DNA from: an uncultured Mycoplasma sp.
GTDB lineage: Bacteria; Bacillota_I; Bacilli_A; RF39; UBA660
Length of the DNA stretch: 64,000 nucleotides
Assembly: GCA_945947035.1 (NCBI GenBank)
Contig: CAMEXD010000002.1
Location: 31,040 to 95,039, forward strand
Direction: 5' to 3'
Shown here one piece after another: positions 45,268 through 55,332 of this stretch. The notes below the pieces were generated by a model. That model saw nothing but the letters and a program-made list of their open reading frames with translations. It did no database searches and had not been told where the DNA came from. Position 1 is the first letter of the stretch. The number at the start of each line of letters is the position of its first letter. A program made the position numbers and the translations under genes.

Positions 45268-45894
45268 CTACTCTATTTTTCCTTTTGCTAATCTAATAAT
45301 TTTATCACTATACAATTCTAAACTTTTATCATGAGTTGATAATATAATTGTAGTTTTATATTTTTTATTTATTTCTTTTAAAAAATCCATAATCTTGATT
45401 GCATTTTTACTATCTAAAGATTTTGTTGGTTCATCAAGAATTATAACATCTTTTGTTTTTACAAGACATCTTGCTATTGCAATTTTTTGCATTTCTCCAC
45501 CAGATAACTCAAAAATATTTTTATCTTTGTATTTTAATAAGTCAAGTTCTTCCATTATCTTTATAATCTCTTTTTTTGATGATTTTAAATTACCTATTTT
45601 TATATTTTCATAAACATTTAAATTTGGAAAAAGATTAAGGTCTTGAAATACAATTCCAAAATACTTTTTATTTTTTCTTAGTTTAAAACCATTATAATAT
45701 ATATCACCACTTGATATATTATCAATATTTGATATTACATTTAAAAGTGTTGTTTTACCACTTCCACTTTCTCCTTCTATAATAGTTATAGAAGATTTTT
45801 TTATACTTAAATTAATATTATCCAACAAATAATAAATGTTATTGTTCAACTTATATTTTTTATAAATATTAACAAGTTCTATTATATTCTCCAT
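45268..45894 (-). CDS. ABC transporter ATP-binding protein (second NBD of the locus)
   Basis: Walker A GESGSGKTT, signature LSGGEMQKIAIAR, Walker B IILDEPT. Confidence 0.85.
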   Translation of the reverse strand: MENIIELVNIYKKYKLNNNIYYLLDNINLSIKKSSITIIEGESGSGKTTLLNVISNIDNISSGDIYYNGFKLRKNKKYFGIVFQDLNLFPNLNVYENIKIGNLKSSKKEIIKIMEELDLLKYKDKNIFELSGGEMQKIAIARCLVKTKDVIILDEPTKSLDSKNAIKIMDFLKEINKKYKTTIILSTHDKSLELYSDKIIRLAKGKIE

Positions 45895-45899
45895 TAAAA

Positions 45900-48353
45900 T
45901 CACGTCCTTAATATTTCTTCCATAGATATTTTATTTATTTTTCTTTTTGACAAACTTATTGCAATAAAATAGCAAATTAAAAATAAAATTAAACCTATTA
46001 TTATTTTAAATATATTTAATTTAAACGATAAATTTATATCTAGATAACTTGATAAATATTTCATTATCTTAGTTAACATTATTTTTGCTAATGGTATAGA
46101 CAATAGATAAAATATAATTAAAACTTTAGTATAAACATTTAAAATAACTTTATATATTTCTTTATTGGTATAACCAAAAACTTTCATAAGAAAAATAATT
46201 GTTATATTTTCATCTACTAAAATATTTGTAAGAATTGCTATAACAATAAAAACGATAATAAGACAAAATAAAACGATAATATAAGTAAAATTATTATAAA
46301 AACTAAGACTATTTATGATATTTTGTTTTAAAACATCAAGTGAATATATTTCATTTATATTAGATAATTCTTCATTTGTTAAATTTAATTTTTCATATTT
46401 ATCATCATTTGAATAAGTTACATTGTATATGTTTTTAGAAAAACCTAAACTACTTGCTAAATCTTTATTTTTAACATAACAACTATTATCTAAGTTATTT
46501 AAATAAACTCCAACCACTTCAAAAGATATTTCTTTATTATTTATTTTAAAGTATATGTAATCTCCTATATCTAAATTTAAATCTTGTTTTGTTTTAGAAC
46601 TAATTATAATTGTCTTATCCGCTAAAAGATTTAAGAGGTTTTTATTGTTATTTCTTAATAAAATAAATTTTAAATCATCTGTTACTCCATTTAATATAAT
46701 AGATTTATTATCTTTTAAATTTTTATCATTTTTATTTTTATCTGTTATTTTTAAAGTATCACTACTTATAGTTAAAACATTATCACTTTTAGAATCACTA
46801 TCAACAGATATTAAATTATTATAAGTAATCATATAAGAAAAACTATATTTAGAAAAATTAGTATCTATTATTTTATTAAATAAATTAAACCAAGTAAAAA
46901 TAATTGTGATTAAAAAACCTACTACTACACTTATTAAAATTACAATAAATAATTTTTTTAAAGACTTTGTTAAAAGTGAATATCTTATTTTTTTCAAAAA
47001 ATCTTTTTTGGTGTTTGTTTTATTTATAAAATTTAATAAAAAATTTATCTTATAATCTTTATCATTTTTTATTAAATTTATTATATTTTTTCTAAGTAAA
47101 AACATAATAAAAATAAAACTTAAAACACTTAAAAATATAAGAGGAATAAAAATACAATTAATTAAGTCTTTTACATAAAAATTATTCTTTAATACTTCTA
47201 TGTTAAAGCTTCTTAAATAAATATTTTTAATAAAACGACTTAAAATAAAACCTGATAAAAATCCTAAAAGCCCTCCTGTAATAGATGTTATAACAGGATA
47301 AACTAAATAACTTAAAGCTATTCTTATTTTACTATAACCAAATGATTTTAAAATACCAATAAATGGCTTTTCAATATCTATTTTTTTCTTAATAATAACA
47401 AGAAGTAATATAAATGTTATTGTTAAAAAAAGATATAAAAATGTATTTTGAAAAACTTTTAAAACTATTAAATCTTCTTTTAAAGTATTTAAAGATGTTT
47501 CCATTAATAAAGTTTTATCAGTTTTAACTATATCATGTTCTAATTTAAATAAATCATAAGTAGTGCTATTAAATTTTAAAACATAGACTTTATTTGAAAT
47601 ACCTTTTAGATTATTAAAAGTATCATAGGTTGTAAAAACTATATTATTTTTCTTATAATCAAAAATAGGATTACTATTTGAAAATGTTGGATAAATATCA
47701 CTTGTTGAATAAGTATATCCTGTTATGATAAAATTTTTATTATCTAAATTATAATTATCATAAATATTTAAATTATTATAAGATGAAAACAAAGGTAAAA
47801 CAGTTATTTCATTATCATTTTTTGGAAAATTTCCTTTTACCAAACAAGGTATATTTATTTTATAATCTTTATATGGAATAACTTTTATAGTATTTTTTAA
47901 GTTACTTACTATTTTTGTTTCATAGATTTCATAAATAAAATCGTATTTGTCTTTTAAATTTTCTAATCTTTCTTGTTCATAAATATCTTTTAATTTATAT
48001 TTACTAAAGATATTTTCTATTTCATATAAAACATTTTTACTACAGTTTTTATTTTCTTTACAAGTTAAGAATTCATCTAATATAATTTGTTCATTCTTAG
48101 TTATTTTTTTGTTTTTAAAATATGAATTTATTTTATCATTAGTAAAATCATTTTCATAATTAATGTTTATTTCAAAAGCAATATCAAAAACATTATATTT
48201 TTTTAAATATTTGTTATAACTTTCATCTACTGAATTAATCATTGTATTAAAAGATGTATATATTGTAGTTGATAAAAGTATTAAAAAGGTAATTAATATT
48301 ATTTTTAATTTATTACTTCTTAAACTTTTTAAAGCATTAACAAATAAAATCAT
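45900..48353 (-). CDS. FtsX-family ABC permease (817 aa, two FtsX modules)
   Basis: N-terminal TM followed by a large extracytoplasmic region, then TM clusters twice. The start abuts the upstream stop with no gap. Confidence 0.8.
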   Translation of the reverse strand: MILFVNALKSLRSNKLKIILITFLILLSTTIYTSFNTMINSVDESYNKYLKKYNVFDIAFEININYENDFTNDKINSYFKNKKITKNEQIILDEFLTCKENKNCSKNVLYEIENIFSKYKLKDIYEQERLENLKDKYDFIYEIYETKIVSNLKNTIKVIPYKDYKINIPCLVKGNFPKNDNEITVLPLFSSYNNLNIYDNYNLDNKNFIITGYTYSTSDIYPTFSNSNPIFDYKKNNIVFTTYDTFNNLKGISNKVYVLKFNSTTYDLFKLEHDIVKTDKTLLMETSLNTLKEDLIVLKVFQNTFLYLFLTITFILLLVIIKKKIDIEKPFIGILKSFGYSKIRIALSYLVYPVITSITGGLLGFLSGFILSRFIKNIYLRSFNIEVLKNNFYVKDLINCIFIPLIFLSVLSFIFIMFLLRKNIINLIKNDKDYKINFLLNFINKTNTKKDFLKKIRYSLLTKSLKKLFIVILISVVVGFLITIIFTWFNLFNKIIDTNFSKYSFSYMITYNNLISVDSDSKSDNVLTISSDTLKITDKNKNDKNLKDNKSIILNGVTDDLKFILLRNNNKNLLNLLADKTIIISSKTKQDLNLDIGDYIYFKINNKEISFEVVGVYLNNLDNSCYVKNKDLASSLGFSKNIYNVTYSNDDKYEKLNLTNEELSNINEIYSLDVLKQNIINSLSFYNNFTYIIVLFCLIIVFIVIAILTNILVDENITIIFLMKVFGYTNKEIYKVILNVYTKVLIIFYLLSIPLAKIMLTKIMKYLSSYLDINLSFKLNIFKIIIGLILFLICYFIAISLSKRKINKISMEEILRT

Positions 48354-49055
48354 TTAAACTTCTAAGGATGAAATATCTTTTTTATCCTTGTTAATTATTT
48401 TTTTTATTATTTTACCATTATTTAATACAATTATCATATCTGCCATATCTTTTATTTTAGAATTATGAGTTATAAAAACTATTGTTGTTTGATATTTGTT
48501 ATTTATTATATTTAAAAGTTCTAGAATCTTTTTAGTAGAATCTTTATCAAGAGAACCTGTTGGTTCATCAAGAAATAATATTTTTGGATTTTTAACTATT
48601 GCTCTTGCAATTGCAACTTTTTGCATTTCTCCTCCAGATAAATTTTTAGGATATTTATACTTTAAATGATCAAGATTAGTTAGCTTTATTATTTCATTTA
48701 TATCAATAGGATTATTTGATAAATAACTTCCCATTTCTATATTTTGATAGACATTTAAATATGAAATTAAATTAGGTTTTTGAAAAACAAATGACACATT
48801 ATCTCTTCTAAATTTGGTAAGTTCCTCTTTATTTTTGTTATCAATTCTTATGCCGTCTATTGTTATTTCTCCAGATGATGGTGGAATAATTCCTGATAAC
48901 ATATTTATAAGAGTTGTTTTACCACTTCCAACATCTCCTAAAACAACAACTATCATGCTTTTTTTTATTTTTAAACTTACATTATTTATAACATTTATTA
49001 TATTTTTCTTTTTTGTATAAGACTTACTAACATTTTTAACATCAATTATATTCAA
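48354..49055 (-). CDS. ABC transporter ATP-binding protein (first NBD of the locus)
   Basis: Walker A GDVGSGKTT, signature LSGGEMQKVAIAR, Walker B LFLDEPT. There is a 4-nt overlap with the sortase stop. Confidence 0.85.
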   Translation of the reverse strand: MNIIDVKNVSKSYTKKKNIINVINNVSLKIKKSMIVVVLGDVGSGKTTLINMLSGIIPPSSGEITIDGIRIDNKNKEELTKFRRDNVSFVFQKPNLISYLNVYQNIEMGSYLSNNPIDINEIIKLTNLDHLKYKYPKNLSGGEMQKVAIARAIVKNPKILFLDEPTGSLDKDSTKKILELLNIINNKYQTTIVFITHNSKIKDMADMIIVLNNGKIIKKIINKDKKDISSLEV

Positions 49056-49618
49056 TTTATCACTCTCCCTAAAACTATGAATCTTTTATCTTTACTATAA
49101 CAAGTAATAAGAGTTAATATTTTAGAATCATCATAAGTTTTAAAGTAAAAATAGTTATCAGAATCTATAATATCTATTTTAAATACTTTAAAAGTATAAG
49201 TTTTTATATGACTTATTATGTTTATTTCATCGCCTATTTTTATTTTTAAAAGTTTAGCAAATACATATTTATTATTATGACCCGCTAAAATAAGGTTGCC
49301 ATAAGAATCATCTAGTAATATAGATGATTTATGAAGTCCTACAACATTCTTATTTAATACATCATCAGTTGTTCCATAACTAATCAACTTTTTAATGCCA
49401 AGTCTTTTTATTTCAATATAACCTAGATAAGGCTTTGTTAAAATAATTTCTTCTTCTTTTTTTTTATTTTCTTTTGGTTCATCATCACTTATTTTTAGTT
49501 CTTCTATTTTTTCTATTTCAATATTTTCTGTTTTTTTTATAGTAAATATTTTATATATTTCATAACAAGAAATAGTTAAGAATAAGACAAGTAAAAATAA
49601 AATAATTTTATTTTTCAT
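49052..49618 (-). CDS. Sortase
   Basis: N-terminal TM. His in LILAGHNNK, Cys in LTLITCYS, Arg in RFIVLGRV. Confidence 0.8.
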   Translation of the reverse strand: MKNKIILFLLVLFLTISCYEIYKIFTIKKTENIEIEKIEELKISDDEPKENKKKEEEIILTKPYLGYIEIKRLGIKKLISYGTTDDVLNKNVVGLHKSSILLDDSYGNLILAGHNNKYVFAKLLKIKIGDEINIISHIKTYTFKVFKIDIIDSDNYFYFKTYDDSKILTLITCYSKDKRFIVLGRVIN

Positions 49619-51641
49619 GTTTTTTAAAGTTTATTATCCTAGTTAAAATAAGTAAAGCAAAAGATATAATAATTATTGTTAAATAATCATAAGAAACAAA
49701 GGTATTAGGCATTTCTATTTTTTCATTTTCCATTGTTATTTCTACAACTTCTTGATCATCTATTATTGAAAAAGTAATAGGTTCTTTATTTAATATATAA
49801 CCATATGGTGCAGTTACTTCTTCAATTTTATAATTTCCTGCGGTAATATTTTCTAATATTATTAAACCTGATTCATCAGTTTTTCCTAAAAATAATACTT
49901 CATCAGTATCTAAATAAGTTATTTTAATTAAGGCATCTTGTAATGGTAGTTTACTTTTACTATCTAATTTTAAAAATTTTAAAGTGCCAGTATTTCTTTC
50001 ATTAGTTATAGTAAGTTTTATAAATTTTCCATTATCTTTTACTTCAAAATATACTTTTTCAGTATTTAATTTATAATATTTAGAAGCTTCTTTTTCTTTT
50101 ATATAGTACTTACCTATTTCTAAATTTTCTACTAATAAAATACCTAAAGAATCTGTTTTACCTTCATAAATTAATTTATCATCAATTGTATAGATTTCAA
50201 AGGTTGTATCTTTTATTGGATTATTTGATGAATAATCAAGTTTTGTTATTTGTAAAGCTGATTTTTTGATATTTTTAAGTTCATATTTATATTCTTTTTG
50301 TTCAGTAATTGACACATAAAAATCATCAATATAAGAATATCCTTCACTTCCTTTTACTTGTTTTACTAAATAAGTTCCATAGTCTAAAGTTATTTTAGCA
50401 ATACCATTTTTATCAGTTGTAATTGTATCAATTAAAATATCATCTTTATAGATTTCAAACTTTGCATCAGCTTCTTTTATAAATTCTTCAGATAAACCAC
50501 CTTTATATTTTTCTAAAATAAGTTCCCCTTTTATTTTAGAATTTGGTATAACTATAGATATTTCTTTGTTGTTATCATCAATAGTAAATTCATATTTTTT
50601 CTCATTTAAGTTATATGATAAAGAAGAAGAAATTTCTTTTAAATAATAATTACCATAAGGAAGTTCAATTGTTTCTTTTTCATTCTGTATTTCTATTTCT
50701 TTTATTAAATTATCATTATTATCATAAAGATTAAATAAAGTTCCATTTAAATTTTCATTGTACTTATTATCTTCACTATCAACTTTTAAAATAGTTAATT
50801 CTCCGCTTGTAATTTTTAATTTTATGGTAAAACTTGGATTATCAACATTACCACGAGTTACAACATTTTGAACAGTGCTACTTTTAAACAATCTAAAATC
50901 ATAATTTGCTTTAGGCTTGGTAAATGTTATTTTGGCTTCACCATCTTTTAATCCTGTTATCAATAAGGTATTATCTTTTATTTCTAGTTTTGCAATATCA
51001 TTACTTGAATAATTAAAACTACTTAGTACATTATTAATATCAACAAGTTCTAAAACTTCGCCTTGTTTTAAAGAAAAAGAATTATTAGCAAAACTTGGTA
51101 CTTTATTATGATTACTAACTAAAGTTTCTAGTTCATTTACTTCATTTTTGTATAAATTGTAATCTATATTGCCATATCTTGATGTTTTAAATACATAAGT
51201 AACATCAGGTCTTACTGTACCCCAAATTAAAGTTTGAGTTATACCATACCATTTTTTTGAAGTATGATCTACTTTGTTATCTTTATATAGATAACCATAA
51301 TAAGAAAGTAAACTTACTCTGTCATAATTTTTATCAGTTAAACGACATTGTTTTATAATAGTTGTTTTACCTTCATAAATGGTATGAGAGTTATAAGATG
51401 CTTCACTATATAATGGCATTTTAACTTCTGGTTCAATGCAATAATATACTTCATTATCAGCACTTGATTTTACTAAAATACCATTATAGTCAAGAGAATG
51501 ATATCTTTCATCACTAGCAAAGACATTAACCTGAGCTTCTTGATAATACTGCTCATAAATTTTACCACTATTTGTTAAAGCATTTACCTTAACTGCGTAT
51601 ATTGCAACTAATGCAATAAAAAAATAAATTAATTTTTTCAT
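49608..51641 (-). CDS. Thioester-domain (TQxxIW) adhesin with Cna-B/SpaA-type repeats and an atypical sorting signal
   Basis: Signal peptide. Thioester Cys context VYYCIEPEV and Gln context YGITQTLIWG. Four repeats of the type G(N/K)YxhKE..ap.GY.l. C-terminus EMPNTF, a hydrophobic stretch, then KKHEK. The start is moved to MKKLIYFF (ATG at 51641) after GAGGTGAG. Confidence 0.8.
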   Translation of the reverse strand: MKKLIYFFIALVAIYAVKVNALTNSGKIYEQYYQEAQVNVFASDERYHSLDYNGILVKSSADNEVYYCIEPEVKMPLYSEASYNSHTIYEGKTTIIKQCRLTDKNYDRVSLLSYYGYLYKDNKVDHTSKKWYGITQTLIWGTVRPDVTYVFKTSRYGNIDYNLYKNEVNELETLVSNHNKVPSFANNSFSLKQGEVLELVDINNVLSSFNYSSNDIAKLEIKDNTLLITGLKDGEAKITFTKPKANYDFRLFKSSTVQNVVTRGNVDNPSFTIKLKITSGELTILKVDSEDNKYNENLNGTLFNLYDNNDNLIKEIEIQNEKETIELPYGNYYLKEISSSLSYNLNEKKYEFTIDDNNKEISIVIPNSKIKGELILEKYKGGLSEEFIKEADAKFEIYKDDILIDTITTDKNGIAKITLDYGTYLVKQVKGSEGYSYIDDFYVSITEQKEYKYELKNIKKSALQITKLDYSSNNPIKDTTFEIYTIDDKLIYEGKTDSLGILLVENLEIGKYYIKEKEASKYYKLNTEKVYFEVKDNGKFIKLTITNERNTGTLKFLKLDSKSKLPLQDALIKITYLDTDEVLFLGKTDESGLIILENITAGNYKIEEVTAPYGYILNKEPITFSIIDDQEVVEITMENEKIEMPNTFVSYDYLTIIIISFALLILTRIINFKKHEK

Positions 51642-51918
51642 AATTTTTCTCACCTCGGCAAAATAAGATAGCACATGAAAAAATAACTTGCAAATTTATA
51701 AAATGTAAAATTTAACTAAAAAATCGCTTAAAAAACTAAAATTCCCCTAGAGCAAAAATTAAAATTCAAGAAAAAAAGTGCTTCAAATTTTAAAAATTAC
51801 CCCTTTTTTTATAAAATTTAAGAAATTTCCGACAAATATCGATATTTTAAGACAAATTTTGACACATTTTTAGTACTTTTTCTTAAAACAAAAATAAAAA
51901 GCAAGCAATTTTATAAAA

Positions 51919-54435
51919 TTACTCACTTCTTAATGACTCTACTGGATCTTTTTTACTAGCCATAGTTGCTGGAATAAGACCTGCGATTACTGTTAATAAA
52001 ACACTTATTAAAATTAGAATTAAAGCACCAACAATTGGTAAACTACTGATATTTCCTACACCTGCGATATTAGAGATAATTAAATTTATTGGAATATTTA
52101 ATAAAATAGTAATTAAAATACCAAAGATACCTGATGCTAAACCTATTATTAATGTTTCAGCATTAAACACACGAGAAACATCTTTTTTACTTGCACCTAT
52201 TGCTCTTAATATACCTATTTCTTTTGTTCTTTCTAAGACAGAAATATAAGTAATAATTCCAATCATAATACTAGATACAACAAGTGAAATTGATACAAAT
52301 CCTATTAATACATAACTAATAATATCAACAATATTAGTAACACTAGACATTAAAACACCAACTAGATCACTATAGTTTATTATATCTTCTTCAGCTTGAT
52401 TATTATTATATTCTGTAATTATATCTTTTATTTTTTCTTTTGATTCAAAGTCTTTTGGATAAATATAAATAATAGATGGTTCTTCTTTTTGTTTTGCTCC
52501 TAAAAGTTCTAGAGTACTTTCATAAGTCATATTTGCTCTTTCTTCATATTTATTGATTAAATCAGCAAGTTCAGAAGCTGGAAGACTTGTTAAATACATT
52601 TGTTGTTCTTTACTAAGTTTAGAAAAATCAAATTCTTCATTACTAAATTCTAAACCAGTTAAAACAGATTTTTCTTTATTTTTCTTTTGATCTTTTACTA
52701 TATCAGTTTTATTTATTTCATCAACTACATATTCTTCTAAAGCATTTGTATATAATATTTCTCCTATAGTTGTTGATTTTACTGTTGCATTCTCATTTGG
52801 TTTTATTATACCAACTACTTTTAAGGTTAAACCATTTTTTATTATATTTTTTAAATAATCTTCATCACCTGATTTATCTACATAAATTCCGTTTACTTTT
52901 TCATAATAGTCAGTATTTAAAACAAGTTTAAAAGTTAATCCTAAAATATCTTGATAAGAATAACTAACATCAGTTGGTGTTATTTCATCACCTTTTACAA
53001 CACTATTATATAATTCTTTTAATTCGCTTTGATCTTTTAATCCTAAAGCATATAATGTATAATCAGATATTCTATTTGATGAATCAACCATTAAAACTAC
53101 TTCATCATATTTTTCTGGAAATCTTCCTTCAACTACTTCATACATAGATTTAGTAAAATCTTCATCATTAAACATTTTAGAAAATACGCTACTAGATATA
53201 ATATTTTGACTATTCATACCAATACTTTCAAAAACAGTATTAGGATTTACTTTTACAATTTCATCAGTATCATCTTTATAAATTTGTAAATCTAAATTAT
53301 AACCATAATCTATCATTGTAGAATAATTTTTGATTTCTTCATTATCACTTAAAAATTCTTTAAATTTAGATAAGTTATTTGATGAAACCTTACTACTCAT
53401 AACTGATAAAGTATCTCCTATTACATTATTTGAATGAATTTTATCATCATCTACTATTTCTTCTTTATTTTTATTTTGTTGTTCTAACATCAGTGAAGTT
53501 AAATCAATATTTTCTTTTTCAATTGTAATTGGATATGATATTAAAGTTTCTTCTTGCACTTTCTTAATATAATTATTAACGCCACTTGAAAGTGATAAAA
53601 TAAGAGCAATACCAATTATCCCTATTGAACCTGCAAAAGCAGTAAGAATAGTTCTTCCTTTTTTAGTCATAAGATTATTCAAACTCAAATTAAATGCTGT
53701 TTTAAATGATAAGTTTTTCTTTTTCTTAATTTTAATGTCACTACTTTTTTCTTGTTCTAAATAAGGATTACTATCACTTTTTATAACGCCATCTCTTAAT
53801 TCTATTATTCTATTTGAATATTCATTAGCTAAATCTGCATTATGTGTTACCATGATAACTAGTCTATCTTTAGCTACTTCTTTTAACAAATCCATAATTT
53901 GTGTACTTGTTTTAGAATCTAATGCTCCAGTTGGTTCATCTGCAAGTAAAATATCTGGATTATTAACTAAAGCTCTTGCTATTGCAACTCTTTGTTTTTC
54001 TCCACCAGATAATTGATTTGGTTTTTTATTAATGTGCTTTTCTAATCCAACTTTTGATAAAGCATCAATTGCTTTTTTTCTTATATCTTTTTTTGATGTT
54101 CCTGATAAAGTCAAAGCTAAAGAAACATTTTCTAAAATAGTTTGATGAGGTATTAAATTATAACTTTGAAAAACAAAACCAATGCAATTATTTCTATAAG
54201 AATCCCAGGCCTTATCATCATATTTTTTAGTACTTATGCCATTAATAATTAAATCTCCTGAAGTATAATTATCTAAACCTCCGATTATATTTAAAAGTGT
54301 TGTTTTACCACTTCCTGATGGTCCAAGAATAGAAACAAATTCATTCTTTCTAAATTTTAAGTTTATATCATCAAGAGCCTTTTGATTAAAACTTTCTGTT
54401 TTATAAACCTTACTAATATGTTTTAATTCTAACAT
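51919..54435 (-). CDS. MacB-type fused ABC ATPase-permease
   Basis: N-terminal NBD (GPSGSGKTT, LSGGEKQRVAIAR, LLADEPT), then a TM, a large extracytoplasmic domain and a C-terminal FtsX 3-TM bundle. Confidence 0.85.
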   Translation of the reverse strand: MLELKHISKVYKTESFNQKALDDINLKFRKNEFVSILGPSGSGKTTLLNIIGGLDNYTSGDLIINGISTKKYDDKAWDSYRNNCIGFVFQSYNLIPHQTILENVSLALTLSGTSKKDIRKKAIDALSKVGLEKHINKKPNQLSGGEKQRVAIARALVNNPDILLADEPTGALDSKTSTQIMDLLKEVAKDRLVIMVTHNADLANEYSNRIIELRDGVIKSDSNPYLEQEKSSDIKIKKKKNLSFKTAFNLSLNNLMTKKGRTILTAFAGSIGIIGIALILSLSSGVNNYIKKVQEETLISYPITIEKENIDLTSLMLEQQNKNKEEIVDDDKIHSNNVIGDTLSVMSSKVSSNNLSKFKEFLSDNEEIKNYSTMIDYGYNLDLQIYKDDTDEIVKVNPNTVFESIGMNSQNIISSSVFSKMFNDEDFTKSMYEVVEGRFPEKYDEVVLMVDSSNRISDYTLYALGLKDQSELKELYNSVVKGDEITPTDVSYSYQDILGLTFKLVLNTDYYEKVNGIYVDKSGDEDYLKNIIKNGLTLKVVGIIKPNENATVKSTTIGEILYTNALEEYVVDEINKTDIVKDQKKNKEKSVLTGLEFSNEEFDFSKLSKEQQMYLTSLPASELADLINKYEERANMTYESTLELLGAKQKEEPSIIYIYPKDFESKEKIKDIITEYNNNQAEEDIINYSDLVGVLMSSVTNIVDIISYVLIGFVSISLVVSSIMIGIITYISVLERTKEIGILRAIGASKKDVSRVFNAETLIIGLASGIFGILITILLNIPINLIISNIAGVGNISSLPIVGALILILISVLLTVIAGLIPATMASKKDPVESLRSE

Positions 54436-54447
54436 ATAATTCCTCCT

Positions 54448-55152
54448 TTATCTTTTATATTTTAAAAGTAAATATTTATCAATCTTACTTACTCTATAAC
54501 TATCACGACATTTACTAATCATTTTATTTATAGTAAATTTATTTAAATGATTGTTATCTAAATATTTTAGAGTTTCATCTTTTCTTTTTATAAATAGTTC
54601 ACATAAAAGCCAAGCATTTATCATATTAACATAGTATTCTTGTTCATTTGTTAAACTATCTATTATAGAAAATATTTCTTTGACATAGTTATCATAATCA
54701 ATATACTTAAATAAAATTCTAAGAGCTATTCTTCTTTTAAAAGTGTTTTTATCTTTTAGATATTCTTTTATAAGATAAAGATATTCTTCCTCATGACATT
54801 TTATGTTTACACTTAATAAATCACATAAACCCCAGTTATCAACATTATCACTATAAATATCTAAATAATATTTAAAAGTATCAAAATCTTTTATCTTACT
54901 TATAATAAACCCATTTATAGCATAACTATCATAAGTAGAATATATTTTTAAATCTAAAAATGATTTATAATTTCCTTTTGAAATTTCTTTGGCTATTTTT
55001 TTTATCTGTTCTGTTTTAATTGCTAAACAAGTTAAATTTGTATTAAGTAAATTTTTTGTCCAAAGCATTCTACTTTCGTTTTTCATAGTTAATAAATATT
55101 CTTCAAAAATCTTAATATCACTTTTTAACCATTTTTCTTTTATTAATTCCAT
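54448..55152 (-). CDS. DNA alkylation repair (AlkD-like HEAT-repeat) protein
   Basis: All-helical ~230-aa protein with VDNWGLCDLL and EYYVNMINAWLL, which resemble the AlkD/DNA alkylation repair family. The start is moved to MELIKEKW. Confidence 0.55.
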   Translation of the reverse strand: MELIKEKWLKSDIKIFEEYLLTMKNESRMLWTKNLLNTNLTCLAIKTEQIKKIAKEISKGNYKSFLDLKIYSTYDSYAINGFIISKIKDFDTFKYYLDIYSDNVDNWGLCDLLSVNIKCHEEEYLYLIKEYLKDKNTFKRRIALRILFKYIDYDNYVKEIFSIIDSLTNEQEYYVNMINAWLLCELFIKRKDETLKYLDNNHLNKFTINKMISKCRDSYRVSKIDKYLLLKYKR

Positions 55153-55200
55153 AACTATCACCAAATATAATAATATTATAACATCTATTATTAAATAAAA

Positions 55201-55230
55201 ATTAAAAAAGTAATCATAAAATGACTACTT
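55201..55230 (-). terminator. Terminator of the 18-aa ORF and the redox operon
   Basis: The minus strand reads AAGTAGTCAT-TTT-ATGATTACTT followed by TTTTTT. The stem begins inside the stop codon. Confidence 0.65.
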
Positions 55231-55285
55231 ATTTAGTTTTAGGATCTTTTTGATCTTTATTACATTTTTTCTTACAACAAGGCAT
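55229..55285 (-). CDS. 18-aa Cys/Lys-rich peptide MPCCKKKCNKDQKDPKTK
   Basis: Consensus SD GGAGGTG 6 nt upstream of the ATG. TATAAT box at 55311-55306. Terminator directly after the stop. Below the ORF-track size cut-off. Confidence 0.5.
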   Translation of the reverse strand: MPCCKKKCNKDQKDPKTK

Positions 55286-55332
55286 TTCTTGCACCTCCTA
55301 ATTATATTATACAATGAAAAATTAAAAATAGA

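Noticed and set aside
51675-51918. 244-nt spacer upstream of the adhesin operon as a possible structured RNA
   Set aside because: I found a plausible promoter (TTGCAA ... TATCTT) and an SD. I found no convincing conserved hairpins or repeats, and the sequence is mostly A/T runs. It is left as an ordinary promoter region.
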